The translations under genes and the position numbers were made by a program. From Patescibacteria group bacterium (lineage in GTDB: Bacteria > Patescibacteriota > Patescibacteriia > UM-FILTER-42-10), in assembly GCA_041666845.1 (NCBI GenBank), contig JBAYGC010000002.1:12499-76498 (forward strand): a DNA stretch of 64,000 bases, given 5' to 3'. Positions 47,929 to 57,890 of this stretch are shown piece after piece (within the stretch, counting starts at the first letter, position 1; every line of letters starts with the position of its first letter). Under the pieces are notes generated by a model. The model did not search any database. It was not told the origin of the DNA and saw nothing but the letters and a program-made list of their open reading frames with translations.

Positions 47929-49164
47929 CTACTTTTTCCAATGCCTCAGCGCAATAGCTAGTTCCCCATGTTCCTTGGCATACTCATCCAGATCAATTCC
48001 CGCAAGCGTCGCATCTAGTGCCTGCTTAACTGCGGTTGCTCCGGCGAACGTCCCTTCCGGATGGCCGTGGATACCTCCGCCGAAATTCATAATTATATCT
48101 TTACCAAATATTTTATAAAGCGAAGGTATTAGATTGGGATACAGTCCGCCCGATGCGATCGGAAAAGTTGATTTAATATTAAACCACTTGCTGCGCAGAA
48201 AATCATCTATTTCAACCACGTCCACTTTCCCGCCTTCCATTTTTCCAACAACTGTACCGGTGTGCAGCTGATCAATCCCGGCTAGGCGCGCCAGTTTGGA
48301 CAACACCAGCATGCTCATCCCATGTTTGTGATTTTTTGTAAACATAGAATGTCCCGCCCGATGGCCGTGAATTATCAGACCCAGATCACGCTTGCGCAAC
48401 ATCTGGACGTTATCAAGCCCCACGGAAACCATGTCGATCATCACTACTTCTCCGCCGAGACTTTTGACCAGTTGTGCTCTTTTAACCATCTCGTCCGGCT
48501 GTGCCGTTACATTAAATACACACAGTTTCTTACAGCCTGTTTCTTTCTCCGCCTTATCCCTCATTTTCAAAGTGAGCCGGACCCTCTGGTCAAACCGGCT
48601 GAAAGAGAGGTCGGTTAAATTTTCATCATCTTTGACCAGATCAATCCCACCGATAAACACCTGGTAAGAAAGCGTAGCATGTTGCAATGCAGACAAACCC
48701 AGTTTTGGTTTCAGAATTGACCCCAATATCGGCCGGTCATAAATTCCCGTAATGCGTCGGATGCCTTTGATACCGAAACGCGGTCCTTGAAAGCTCTCGA
48801 CATATTCTTTCGGAAAGTCTACATCAACCAGCCGGAGATTTTTAATTATCTTCATGCTGAATACATTACCCGCCACACCGGACAAGAACTGAGGGATACT
48901 TCCCTTTTCAAAAAGCGCCAAAGGATAGGCAACTTTAAACGTATGAGCTTTTTTATCAACATCATATGCCTTCGCACTCAGCTTCGAAAATGTCGCCTTA
49001 GATAATGTAGCAAGATCCGTCCAGGTTCCAATAGAAGATTCCGCCGCTACTCCACCCGCCGCATCGTTAAAATCAATATTGGTATCCATATGGAAAGAAG
49101 CTACCAGTTCTGTTTTTTTTGGCTGGTAACTTTTCTTTACAAATTTTTGATAGAATTTATTCAT
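47929..49164 (-). CDS. rbcL: Ribulose-1,5-bisphosphate carboxylase/oxygenase large subunit, form III-like (II/III)
   Basis: GGIDLVKDDENL (carbamyl-Lys loop), IHGHRAGH and GGGIHGHP active-site motifs. Start set at MNKFYQ (49164), directly after the TAA of the upstream gene; the track ORF extends 27 codons further. Confidence 0.9.
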   Translation of the reverse strand: MNKFYQKFVKKSYQPKKTELVASFHMDTNIDFNDAAGGVAAESSIGTWTDLATLSKATFSKLSAKAYDVDKKAHTFKVAYPLALFEKGSIPQFLSGVAGNVFSMKIIKNLRLVDVDFPKEYVESFQGPRFGIKGIRRITGIYDRPILGSILKPKLGLSALQHATLSYQVFIGGIDLVKDDENLTDLSFSRFDQRVRLTLKMRDKAEKETGCKKLCVFNVTAQPDEMVKRAQLVKSLGGEVVMIDMVSVGLDNVQMLRKRDLGLIIHGHRAGHSMFTKNHKHGMSMLVLSKLARLAGIDQLHTGTVVGKMEGGKVDVVEIDDFLRSKWFNIKSTFPIASGGLYPNLIPSLYKIFGKDIIMNFGGGIHGHPEGTFAGATAVKQALDATLAGIDLDEYAKEHGELAIALRHWKK

Positions 49165-49165
49165 G

Positions 49166-50122
49166 TTATAAGTTCTTAAAAATCCATGGATAATGCTTTT
49201 CAACCAAATAAGCAACATCGCGTGGTTTAATAATACCGAATTCACAAATTATCCCTTTGATGAATTTGGAAGGAATACGGTCAAAAGCAAAATTGATTAT
49301 CTTTAAACCTTTCGGTCCGTTCGGCCAGATTTCTTTACGATCACGCAATTCGATGCCGACATATTTGCTGATAAATGTTTCTGGATCGGTTTTTAAAAGT
49401 GAAGCGGCGACATAAACCGGAATTTTTTCGTGATTGGCAACCTGAGCGATTCCGTAACTTCCGACCTTATTGATCACCGAACCACCAGAAGTAACCGAGT
49501 CAGCTCCCAGAAAAGCGATATCCACCATCACCTCGCGACCGCTGGTTCTGCTGATCAGAAATGCGGCGGCTGAATCAGCCACCATCGTTACATCAATCTT
49601 TTGTTTCAAAAGATTCTTCGCTGTTATCCTGCCCTGAAATAATGGACGGGTTTCCGTGCAAAAGACGTGCGGCACTTTCGAATGTTTACTCGCCTCAGTA
49701 ATGATATGCTCTACGGTAGAAGAATGGCAGTGCGTAAATACTTTCATATTCGGCTTGATCAGCTTTGCTCCGGCTTCGGCAATTTTGTGATCATGATATT
49801 TTATTAAAACCAAAAAGAGATGACAGGCTTTTTTCAGCAATTTTGCCAGCTCTGGGACTGACAAACCTTCTTTATTATTTTCTAAATAATGTAAAACAAA
49901 TTGGACAGAATTACGGGACAGCGGTTCAGTCGGCCTAGCTTCCGCCAGGGCTTTGCCGCTTTTACGAATTGCGGAAAGGAACTGATTTTTATTCTTCTTT
50001 AACAGCTGATTACTTTCCAACTGTAAAGCATCCAAAATCACTTTGGTTATCTGCGTTGCACCCTGTATTTCTAAAGATGCAATTTTTGTTACTGTTTTTT
50101 GTACCGCACTATTCATAAACAA
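49166..50122 (-). CDS. Ribose-1,5-bisphosphate isomerase (eIF-2B alpha/beta/delta-like, e2b2 family)
   Basis: eIF2B-like fold layout. It sits immediately upstream of rbcL and is separated from it by 1 nt. Confidence 0.8.
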   Translation of the reverse strand: MFMNSAVQKTVTKIASLEIQGATQITKVILDALQLESNQLLKKNKNQFLSAIRKSGKALAEARPTEPLSRNSVQFVLHYLENNKEGLSVPELAKLLKKACHLFLVLIKYHDHKIAEAGAKLIKPNMKVFTHCHSSTVEHIITEASKHSKVPHVFCTETRPLFQGRITAKNLLKQKIDVTMVADSAAAFLISRTSGREVMVDIAFLGADSVTSGGSVINKVGSYGIAQVANHEKIPVYVAASLLKTDPETFISKYVGIELRDRKEIWPNGPKGLKIINFAFDRIPSKFIKGIICEFGIIKPRDVAYLVEKHYPWIFKNL

Positions 50123-50137
50123 AGTATACCATTTATA

Positions 50138-51961
50138 TCATTCCCATTCAATTGTGCCTGGCGGCTTGTTGGTAAAATCGAAGACAATCAGATCAATTTT
50201 TTTAATTCGTTTTAAACGTCCGACAATCCGGTCAATAAAAAGCTGGGGCAGTGGAAAAAATTTAACCGTCATTGCTTCTTCTGATTGCACTGGGCGCAGT
50301 ATTACAGTATAACCACCCATGGTGGAATACGAAGCCAGGATTACCGGAAATTGCCAAATTTTGAAATCCAGCTGGGCTTTTTTCATTTCAGATCGCACGA
50401 TATCATCAATACCTTGCAATAGTGCCACATTATTTTTCGTCAGCAGCAGTTTAATATTTTTTCCCCCGCTGATATCTTTTTTCCTACTGAAAATCACCCG
50501 ACACACCCGATTAACATTTTGGATCTGATTTGCCACCAGCGGGCCGAGTTTTTGCATCTGGACAGTACTCATTTCCCCGGAAAATACCGCGGGATGTGCA
50601 TAAGTACGTTCATCACCCTGAACCCCCACGCTTCTGACCGGCAGTACCCAGCCTTTAATATTCGATTTATTTTCATAATTGAACTGTGAAACTATTGCAT
50701 CCAGGTTATTATTTTCTTTGTTTAAATTTATTCTGATCTTTGTTCCATTTGAACAAATCATTCTAATGGCTAATCCTGGTCCGGGAAAAGGATGACGATT
50801 GATAATTTCTTCGGGCAGGCCAATCTGCTTACCGAGCAACCGCACTTCATCTTTATATAAATCCTTTAGAGGCTCAATAACCAACCCACGCTTTATTAAT
50901 TCCAGAACTTCTTTTACTCGATTATGATGCGTCTTTATTTTGTCCGCATGCTTTGTCCCGCCCGATTCGATAGTATCAGGATAAATAGTGCCCTGCGCCA
51001 AAATCCATTCCTTTGGATTCAGCTTGAATTGCTTCATTGCAATTCTCTGTACATCCAAATACGTCCTGCCGATAATCTTGCGCTTTTGTTCCGGACTGAC
51101 CACGTTTTTTAATCTCTTATAAAATAATGCAGATGCGTCCATAACTTCCAGATTGGTAAATCCCAACTTGTTAAATCGTTCCTTAATTTCCTTTGATTCA
51201 TTTTTTCTCATGAACCCCAGATCAATATGCAAACCGAATACCTTTTCTTTGCCTAAAATTCTGTTTAGTAGCCCGAAACATACCGCCGAATCAACTCCAC
51301 CGGAAACCAGCAAAAAAACCTTGCGATCGCCTACCTTTTTTACTATATCACTTTTTATTTCGTCTAAATAATGTGTGATGTCCCACTCTTTTTTGGCACC
51401 ACAGATATTGAAAACGAAATTGCTAATCAATTCCATTCCATATTCAGTATGGGACACTTCGGGGTGAAACTGGACACCATAAATTTTTTTGGTAACATTA
51501 CCCATTGCCGCAATCGGGCAATCATCTGTTCTTGCCATAATCTTAAATCCCTTTGGCACATTTAACACCAAGTCCCCGTGACTCATCCAAACCTGCTTTT
51601 TTGTTCCAAATTTCCTGAACAGGCTGCCGGATTCATTTACTGATAAATTGGCAAAACCATATTCTCTCACATCTCCCCTCTCTACTTTTCCGCCCAGCAG
51701 ATAACTGATCAGTTGGTGACCATAGCAAACACCAAGAATTGGTATACCGCTTCTTAGAATTTTTCGGTCAAATTTTATTTTTCCGTCATAAACACTGTTC
51801 GGTCCGCCGGACAGAATTATCCCCCAGGAAGACTTCAATTCACTAATAGGTGTTTCGGGACTATAAATATTAGCTAAAACACCCAACTGGCGGATTCTTC
51901 GTGCAATTAAGTGGGTGTATTGTGAACCAAAATCCAGGATTGATATGTGTTTTTGTTTCAT
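50138..51961 (-). CDS. guaA: GMP synthase (glutamine-hydrolysing)
   Basis: GATase motifs GVCYGHQL and FHPE, an ATP-PPase SGGVDS P-loop, and a C-terminal dimerisation domain. 607 aa with an insertion. Confidence 0.9.
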   Translation of the reverse strand: MKQKHISILDFGSQYTHLIARRIRQLGVLANIYSPETPISELKSSWGIILSGGPNSVYDGKIKFDRKILRSGIPILGVCYGHQLISYLLGGKVERGDVREYGFANLSVNESGSLFRKFGTKKQVWMSHGDLVLNVPKGFKIMARTDDCPIAAMGNVTKKIYGVQFHPEVSHTEYGMELISNFVFNICGAKKEWDITHYLDEIKSDIVKKVGDRKVFLLVSGGVDSAVCFGLLNRILGKEKVFGLHIDLGFMRKNESKEIKERFNKLGFTNLEVMDASALFYKRLKNVVSPEQKRKIIGRTYLDVQRIAMKQFKLNPKEWILAQGTIYPDTIESGGTKHADKIKTHHNRVKEVLELIKRGLVIEPLKDLYKDEVRLLGKQIGLPEEIINRHPFPGPGLAIRMICSNGTKIRINLNKENNNLDAIVSQFNYENKSNIKGWVLPVRSVGVQGDERTYAHPAVFSGEMSTVQMQKLGPLVANQIQNVNRVCRVIFSRKKDISGGKNIKLLLTKNNVALLQGIDDIVRSEMKKAQLDFKIWQFPVILASYSTMGGYTVILRPVQSEEAMTVKFFPLPQLFIDRIVGRLKRIKKIDLIVFDFTNKPPGTIEWE

Positions 51962-52086
51962 ACTTGTCTTTATTGTAAAATATACTTACAATTAAAACAA
52001 CATTTTAGCTTTTTACCTAAATATCTCAACCCCGTCCACCATGGCTTCGCCATAGGCAAGCCGGTCGGGACTAAACTCTAATTACT

Positions 52087-53562
52087 ATGTTTACCCAGTT
52101 TGAAGAAACACTAACATTTGATGATGTACTTCTAGTACCATTAAAGTCATCAATTCTTCCGAATGAAACAGATATTAAGACCAGGCTGACACGCAGAATA
52201 AATTTGAATATTCCATTAATCTCATCCCCAATGGACACTGTAACCGAACATCGGCTGGCAATTGCCCTGGCACTGCACGGCGGGATTGGAATAATCCATA
52301 AAAACATGCCGGCCGACAAACAGGCACAGGAAGTCAGCTACGTAAAAAGGTTTGAAAACGGTTTTATCGAAAATCCTGTTACACTGCAACCGGAAGACCC
52401 AATTGATGATGCGGCGGAGATTAGAGATAAGAAGGGTTACAAAAAAATCCCGGTTGTCGACAAAAATAATAAATTGGTCGGCATGATCACCGAGCAGGAC
52501 TATTTTGTACCGGATGATTTGAAATTGCCGATAAAATTTAAGATGAAAAGATTGAATGAAATTGTGGTCGCCAAACACGGCATAACCCTTCAGCAGGCAA
52601 ATACAATTATTCGCGAGAAAAAACTTACCGCATTACCAATAGTCAACAAACAGGGAAAACTGGTGAGTATGGTTACCAGAAAAGATTTGGAAAAAAACGA
52701 GCAACATCCCAATGCCTGTAAAGACAATAAAAAACAACTGCGTGTCGGTGCCGCTATCTCAGTCGGACCGGAAGCACTGGAACGTGCCAAATACTTGGTT
52801 GCCGCCGGAGTAGATGTATTGGTTGTCGATACTGCGCACGGACACACAAAAGGCGTACTTGATACTGTGCGGGCACTGAAAAAAAATAAATTATTTTCCA
52901 ATGTTGATGTTATCGCCGGAAATGTTGCAACTGAAGAAGGAACCAGGGACCTGATCCGCGCTGGTGCAGATGCCGTAAAAGTGGGCGTCGGCCCTGGATC
53001 GATCTGTACTACCAGAGTTGTTGCAGGAATCGGCGTACCACAAATCAGCGCGATTTTGGCGGCAGTCAAAGGACGCGGGAAATCAAATATTCCCATCATT
53101 GCTGACGGCGGTATCAGATATTCAGGTGATATTGTAAAAGCACTGGGCGCAAAGGCGGATTCTGTAATGATCGGCAGTCTGTTTGCCGGATGTGATGAAA
53201 CACCAGGTGAGATAGAGTATGAAGGCGGTAAAATGTATAAATCCTACCGCGGAATGGGATCAAAGGAAGCCATGGTCCACGGATCGAAAGACCGCTACGG
53301 TCAGGGTGAACAAAGTGACAGTGAAAAGCTCGTACCAGAAGGGGTATCAGCCAGAGTCATTTACAAAGGTTTGGTTTCAAGGCACATATATCAGCTGGTA
53401 GGCGGGATAAGATCCGGCATGGGCTATATCGGTTCTAAAACAATCCCGGAACTGCACAATAAAGCAAAGTTTATTAAAATCAGCCCGGCTGGGCTGCGGG
53501 AAAGTCATCCGCATGATGTTACAATAACCAAGCAGCCACCAAATTATCATTCGGAAAAGTAA
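52087..53562 (+). CDS. guaB: IMP dehydrogenase
   Basis: TIM barrel with a CBS pair, the catalytic loop GIGVPQISA...CTTRVVAGIGVPQ region, and IADGGIRYSGDIVKALGA. Confidence 0.9.
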   Translation: MFTQFEETLTFDDVLLVPLKSSILPNETDIKTRLTRRINLNIPLISSPMDTVTEHRLAIALALHGGIGIIHKNMPADKQAQEVSYVKRFENGFIENPVTLQPEDPIDDAAEIRDKKGYKKIPVVDKNNKLVGMITEQDYFVPDDLKLPIKFKMKRLNEIVVAKHGITLQQANTIIREKKLTALPIVNKQGKLVSMVTRKDLEKNEQHPNACKDNKKQLRVGAAISVGPEALERAKYLVAAGVDVLVVDTAHGHTKGVLDTVRALKKNKLFSNVDVIAGNVATEEGTRDLIRAGADAVKVGVGPGSICTTRVVAGIGVPQISAILAAVKGRGKSNIPIIADGGIRYSGDIVKALGAKADSVMIGSLFAGCDETPGEIEYEGGKMYKSYRGMGSKEAMVHGSKDRYGQGEQSDSEKLVPEGVSARVIYKGLVSRHIYQLVGGIRSGMGYIGSKTIPELHNKAKFIKISPAGLRESHPHDVTITKQPPNYHSEK

Positions 53563-53567
53563 TATAC

Positions 53568-53597
53568 AAAAAGACGGGTTTCAAATCCGTCTTTTTT
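53568..53597. terminator. Bidirectional intrinsic terminator between guaB and the amidohydrolase gene
   Basis: GACGG-(10 nt)-CCGTC hairpin flanked by A4 and T6. Confidence 0.6.
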
Positions 53598-53608
53598 GAT
53601 TCTCTCTA

Positions 53609-55045
53609 TTATATTCTCTTTCTCAATTTCATGTGCGCCAGCTGTAACTGCGTCAGGAGATTCGTCTCATCGACAAAATTGTGTTTACGATTTGAAATAA
53701 CAAAATTTCCGTTAATCATCAGATCTCTGATATTTCTCCCGCCGTAGGTAATCATATTACTGACCAATGTCTTCGGGTCATTTGAATTATATGGTAAGAA
53801 TCCCCGGTCCTGCAGTTTCCAGAATGCAATATCCGCTCGGTACCCAGGCAATATTTTACCGACGTTTGACAGTCCCAAAAGCTTCGCTCCTTGTGCCGTA
53901 ATCATATTAAATAAATCACTGTACGGAACGATTTTCTTGTTTTGATGCATTGTCTTCGTCTGCAGCGCTTCAGTAAGCAAGTCCAGCCTGTTTTTACTGA
54001 CCACACTGTCCGTTCCCAACGCGATCTGTTTGGTAGCTTTAATCTTATGAAATAACGGATAGTCAAACTGCCCACTGCGGTGCAACAGGTTGGATGTCGG
54101 CAGATGTACAACTCCAACTTTCCTCTTCAGAATCAATTCTACTTCTTCCCTGCCCACGTGGACCACATGTGACATCATGGTTCTGGAATTCAATAGTCCG
54201 TACCGATCCAGTACTTTCACCGGATGTTCTCCGAATTTTTTCATGGACTTCTCCAGTGACTCCTTGGTTTCCGCAACATGGATAGTAAACAGCGCGTTAT
54301 ACTTTTTTTGAAGAAGCCTAACTTTTTTAAAAACTGCCGGCGACGCCTTGTGTGGTTCGTGAATTGCAATTGCCGGCTCTGTATGATATTTTGCTTTGTT
54401 CTTCAGATATCTTTCAACCATGGCCGGTGTATTTTCCGGATGGGAGTTACTTACCGCGCTGATAGCATTGATCACTTCGTGGCCGGTTAATTTTCCCGCG
54501 TCGTCAATCGGGTCGAACACACCGTAGTGACTTAGCGTTGTGGTTATGCCGAACATCTGTTGTTCTGTAAAATCCCCCACCGCTCCCAGAAAGAAATCAT
54601 CTTCCTTCATTTTTCCTTCCAGTTTTGCCATGCCAACCAGTGTCTTCTCCAGGTTAGCCTCAGAAAAGGTTAATGTTGACCTAAGTAAATACATCGGCGG
54701 GTGGGCATGTGCATTAACTAATCCGGGGGTTACCACAATTCCTCCGCGCTGTTCTGCATCATAAATCAGATCGATCTCAGTCAAATCAACAAATGAAAGC
54801 TCGGTGGCTTTTAATACTTTTTTTATTATTCCGTCTTCAATCAAAATTGACCGTCCGGACAAAACCTCCAGTTTATCCTCCTGATTGATCGTAATCAAAA
54901 AAGGGATTCCATGGATTAATACTTTTCTAGGATTCCCTTCGCGCAATAAAGTGTAGCGGTTTTTACCTTTCCCGCTCGTTTCAAATGTGACATTTTTCTG
55001 CCGATACTCCAGTTCGTTTTTTAAATCTGAAAAATTATTATTCAT
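53609..55045 (-). CDS. Amidohydrolase (MtaD/guanine-deaminase-like metal-dependent deaminase)
   Basis: N-terminal VNAHAHP metal-binding HxH, the HVAET motif, and GTDS near the C-terminus. Confidence 0.7.
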   Translation of the reverse strand: MNNNFSDLKNELEYRQKNVTFETSGKGKNRYTLLREGNPRKVLIHGIPFLITINQEDKLEVLSGRSILIEDGIIKKVLKATELSFVDLTEIDLIYDAEQRGGIVVTPGLVNAHAHPPMYLLRSTLTFSEANLEKTLVGMAKLEGKMKEDDFFLGAVGDFTEQQMFGITTTLSHYGVFDPIDDAGKLTGHEVINAISAVSNSHPENTPAMVERYLKNKAKYHTEPAIAIHEPHKASPAVFKKVRLLQKKYNALFTIHVAETKESLEKSMKKFGEHPVKVLDRYGLLNSRTMMSHVVHVGREEVELILKRKVGVVHLPTSNLLHRSGQFDYPLFHKIKATKQIALGTDSVVSKNRLDLLTEALQTKTMHQNKKIVPYSDLFNMITAQGAKLLGLSNVGKILPGYRADIAFWKLQDRGFLPYNSNDPKTLVSNMITYGGRNIRDLMINGNFVISNRKHNFVDETNLLTQLQLAHMKLRKRI

Positions 55046-55055
55046 TTGCTTGATA

Positions 55056-56090
55056 TTATAGCAGAATTTGCTTTTTTGCCCAAATTGCGTGGGAGGCGAT
55101 CAAATCATCCTCACTTTTTATCAATAATTCAATAGCTGGTAATGCTTCCGCACTACCCCAGTTTCCCAGAGCAACCGCGACATTTCTCATAAACCCGCAG
55201 TATTTTGTCCGCTTAATCGGGCTGTTTTTGAATCTAACCTTAAAATCCTCTGCAGATAATTTTGCCAAGTCAATAAGCTTTGGTGCGATCAAATCTTTGT
55301 TGGCAGTAAATTCTTTTATTGAATTCAGCTTCGACTTACTGTTCCAGGGACAGACTTCCTGACAAATATCACAACCGTATATTCTGTTTTTCATCAATGG
55401 ACGCAATTCCTGTGGTATAGCATCTTTTAATTCAATAGTAAGATATGAAATACAGCGTCGGGCGTCCAGTACTTTATCATCGACCAGTGCATTCGTCGGA
55501 CAATTATTTCTGCAGCGCTGACACGTCCCGCACGATCCAATCAGCTTATTTACATAACTGTCCAATTCAATGTCTATTAAAACCTCACCCAGAAAAATAT
55601 ATGAGCCCATTTGATAATTTATCAGATTGGTGTTGTTGCCGATAAATCCCAGTCCGGACCGGTTAGCATATTCCCGCTCCAAAAAAGGCCCGGTGTCTAC
55701 ATAAACTTTTGCATTGATATCTTTTTTCAAAATACCTGAAATCAATCTAGCAAGTTTTTCCAAACACAGCTTAACAACATCGTGATAATCATCAAACCAG
55801 GCATATCGAGCGATAATCCCTCTTGAAGGATCATTCAATAAATCCGCCGGAATATCCATATTATAATAATTCACCCCGACCATGATTACGGTTTTCGCCT
55901 CTGGGAATATTTTTTTTGGATTATTACGCTTTTCCTGGCCACGCCGGATCCAATCCATATCACCCGCCATCCCGGATTTTAACCATCGGTCAAGCTGCTG
56001 ATTTTGCTGACTGGGTTGAATAGGAATTATCCCTATTAAATCAAAACCAAGTTTTTTTCCGGCATTATGAATACTTTGTGTAATTTCCAT
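55056..56090 (-). CDS. queG: Epoxyqueuosine reductase
   Basis: Two 4Fe-4S Cys clusters (CGTCQRCRNNCP and CDICQEVCPWN) and a C-terminal HEAT-like region. Confidence 0.8.
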   Translation of the reverse strand: MEITQSIHNAGKKLGFDLIGIIPIQPSQQNQQLDRWLKSGMAGDMDWIRRGQEKRNNPKKIFPEAKTVIMVGVNYYNMDIPADLLNDPSRGIIARYAWFDDYHDVVKLCLEKLARLISGILKKDINAKVYVDTGPFLEREYANRSGLGFIGNNTNLINYQMGSYIFLGEVLIDIELDSYVNKLIGSCGTCQRCRNNCPTNALVDDKVLDARRCISYLTIELKDAIPQELRPLMKNRIYGCDICQEVCPWNSKSKLNSIKEFTANKDLIAPKLIDLAKLSAEDFKVRFKNSPIKRTKYCGFMRNVAVALGNWGSAEALPAIELLIKSEDDLIASHAIWAKKQILL

Positions 56091-56223
56091 ATAAATATTC
56101 TAGCAATTATATGAGTATTAGCACAGTCAAATTGACATGTCTCAGATTTGAGCCTAAACTCTATATGGCCTAAAAAAGCCCGTTTGTTCATTGTCACCGG
56201 CTCAACACCAGAAAGGAGCAGAC

Positions 56224-56652
56224 ATGGACTGGAATAAAGTCCGGCAAATAGTCAGCCTGCTCCAAGAGCATCCAACTATTGCCGAGCTGGAAGTACGGAA
56301 CGGGATGGGATTTTCCAAAGTTCTTGTCCACATGACACCCTCGGGCATTCCCACCACCCAGCAATCAACTGAGGAAGGACAGATAGTACAGAAACAGCTG
56401 TACACTATCGAATCGCCGTCCGTAGGATGGTATTTGGCTGCAGCCGATCTGGAGAAAAATCCGCCGCTTGTCGAGGGCAGTTTTGTTTCGCAGGGCGAAA
56501 TCGTAGGTTACATAGAAATGCACGGTCTGCGAGATAAGGTCGTTGCCCAATTTGCCGGAACAATCAGGCAGATTCATGCCGAAACCGGTAAACCGGTGGA
56601 ATACGGCCAAAAGCTGTATGTCGTTGAGCAATCCTGCGAATCCGGAAAGTGA
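56224..56652 (+). CDS. BCCP-like (biotin carboxyl carrier protein-like) protein lacking the biotinyl-lysine
   Basis: AccB-like N-terminus DWNKVRQIVSLLQEHPTIAELEV and a lipoyl/biotinyl hybrid-barrel. The EAMKM site is replaced by IEMHGL. AGGAG RBS lies 6 nt upstream of ATG 56224. GC is about 50%. Confidence 0.6.
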   Translation: MDWNKVRQIVSLLQEHPTIAELEVRNGMGFSKVLVHMTPSGIPTTQQSTEEGQIVQKQLYTIESPSVGWYLAAADLEKNPPLVEGSFVSQGEIVGYIEMHGLRDKVVAQFAGTIRQIHAETGKPVEYGQKLYVVEQSCESGK

Positions 56653-56756
56653 ACAGAACCCACTCGCTCCTTACATCAGGCACCCGCTTGATGTTTTTTT
56701 TAATCTAGATATGAGATATAATGGTTTAAGCCCTATACTACTAGTTTATACATAAA

Positions 56757-57878
56757 ATGATTAAAGCAATAATATTTGATTTTGGAAATGTAATAGCCAG
56801 TTTTGACAACGGTCTATTTTTGCAAAGGATTTCTAAATATACCAGTAAATCGATTTCTGAATTGAATAAATTAATTTATAAAAAATCAAAACTGCCAAGC
56901 CAATATGAGCAGGGCGAAATCGACTCTAATGAATTTTATGAAAAAGTCGTAAAATTGTGTAGCCTGAAAATTAGCCAAAAGCAATTTAGAGACGCCTATA
57001 CTCAAATATTTACTCCCATCCCGGGAACGATCAAGCTGATTAATAAACTAAAACCGAATTACAAGCTGGGACTTTTATCCAGCACCAGCGAGTGGGATTT
57101 CGAATTCGGATTCAAGCCGATAATTGATGTTTCAGTTTTTGATTCCGTTACACTAACCTATCAGTTAGGAATCAAAAAACCTGATCCTAAATTATTTCAT
57201 GATACTTTGACAAAACTGCATGTTCTACCAAATGAAGCGGTCTATATTGATGATCTCACTAAAACAATCAAGATGGCCAATAATTTGGGTATTCATGGGA
57301 TTCTATTTACCGGTCATGACGCACTCGTGGACTCACTAAATAGATTGGGAGTTAAAATCCAAAATCCATATCGTCCGAATTATAAACAAAGAGTCACGAT
57401 CGTAAACGAGAACGATAAAAAAATCGGCTACAAATTTCGAGATCAAATCAAACCGGAAGATATTTTTCGCGCGACCGGCTTATGGATTACCAACTCAAAA
57501 GGTGAAGTACTTTTGGCAAAAAGATCATTCTCAAAAAAAACAAATCCGGGTTTATGGAGTACCGCCGTTGCCGGAACGATTGAAGAAGGTGAAACTTACA
57601 AACAAAATATTATTAAAGAAGCAAAAGAAGAACTTGGAATTATTGGCGAAACTTTTATCCCCTATGAAAAAACCAGGATCCGAGGAAAACACAATTTCTT
57701 TATCCAATGGTTTACTTTTGTCATAGATAAAAAAGCCGAGGAATTTAAACTTCAATCAGAAGAAGTTGCTGAGGTAAGATGGTTTAAAAAATCGGAAATT
57801 AAAATATTATTGAAAAAGAGACCAGAAATGTTCACGTCTTCATTACCACAATGGGTATCACTGTTTCTGGCAAAATAG
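56757..57878 (+). CDS. HAD hydrolase - NUDIX hydrolase fusion protein
   Basis: N-terminal HAD motif I IIFDFGNVI and the C-terminal half with Nudix box GTIEEGETYKQNIIKEAKEELGI. Confidence 0.7.
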   Translation: MIKAIIFDFGNVIASFDNGLFLQRISKYTSKSISELNKLIYKKSKLPSQYEQGEIDSNEFYEKVVKLCSLKISQKQFRDAYTQIFTPIPGTIKLINKLKPNYKLGLLSSTSEWDFEFGFKPIIDVSVFDSVTLTYQLGIKKPDPKLFHDTLTKLHVLPNEAVYIDDLTKTIKMANNLGIHGILFTGHDALVDSLNRLGVKIQNPYRPNYKQRVTIVNENDKKIGYKFRDQIKPEDIFRATGLWITNSKGEVLLAKRSFSKKTNPGLWSTAVAGTIEEGETYKQNIIKEAKEELGIIGETFIPYEKTRIRGKHNFFIQWFTFVIDKKAEEFKLQSEEVAEVRWFKKSEIKILLKKRPEMFTSSLPQWVSLFLAK

Positions 57879-57890
57879 AATAGTTATTAG

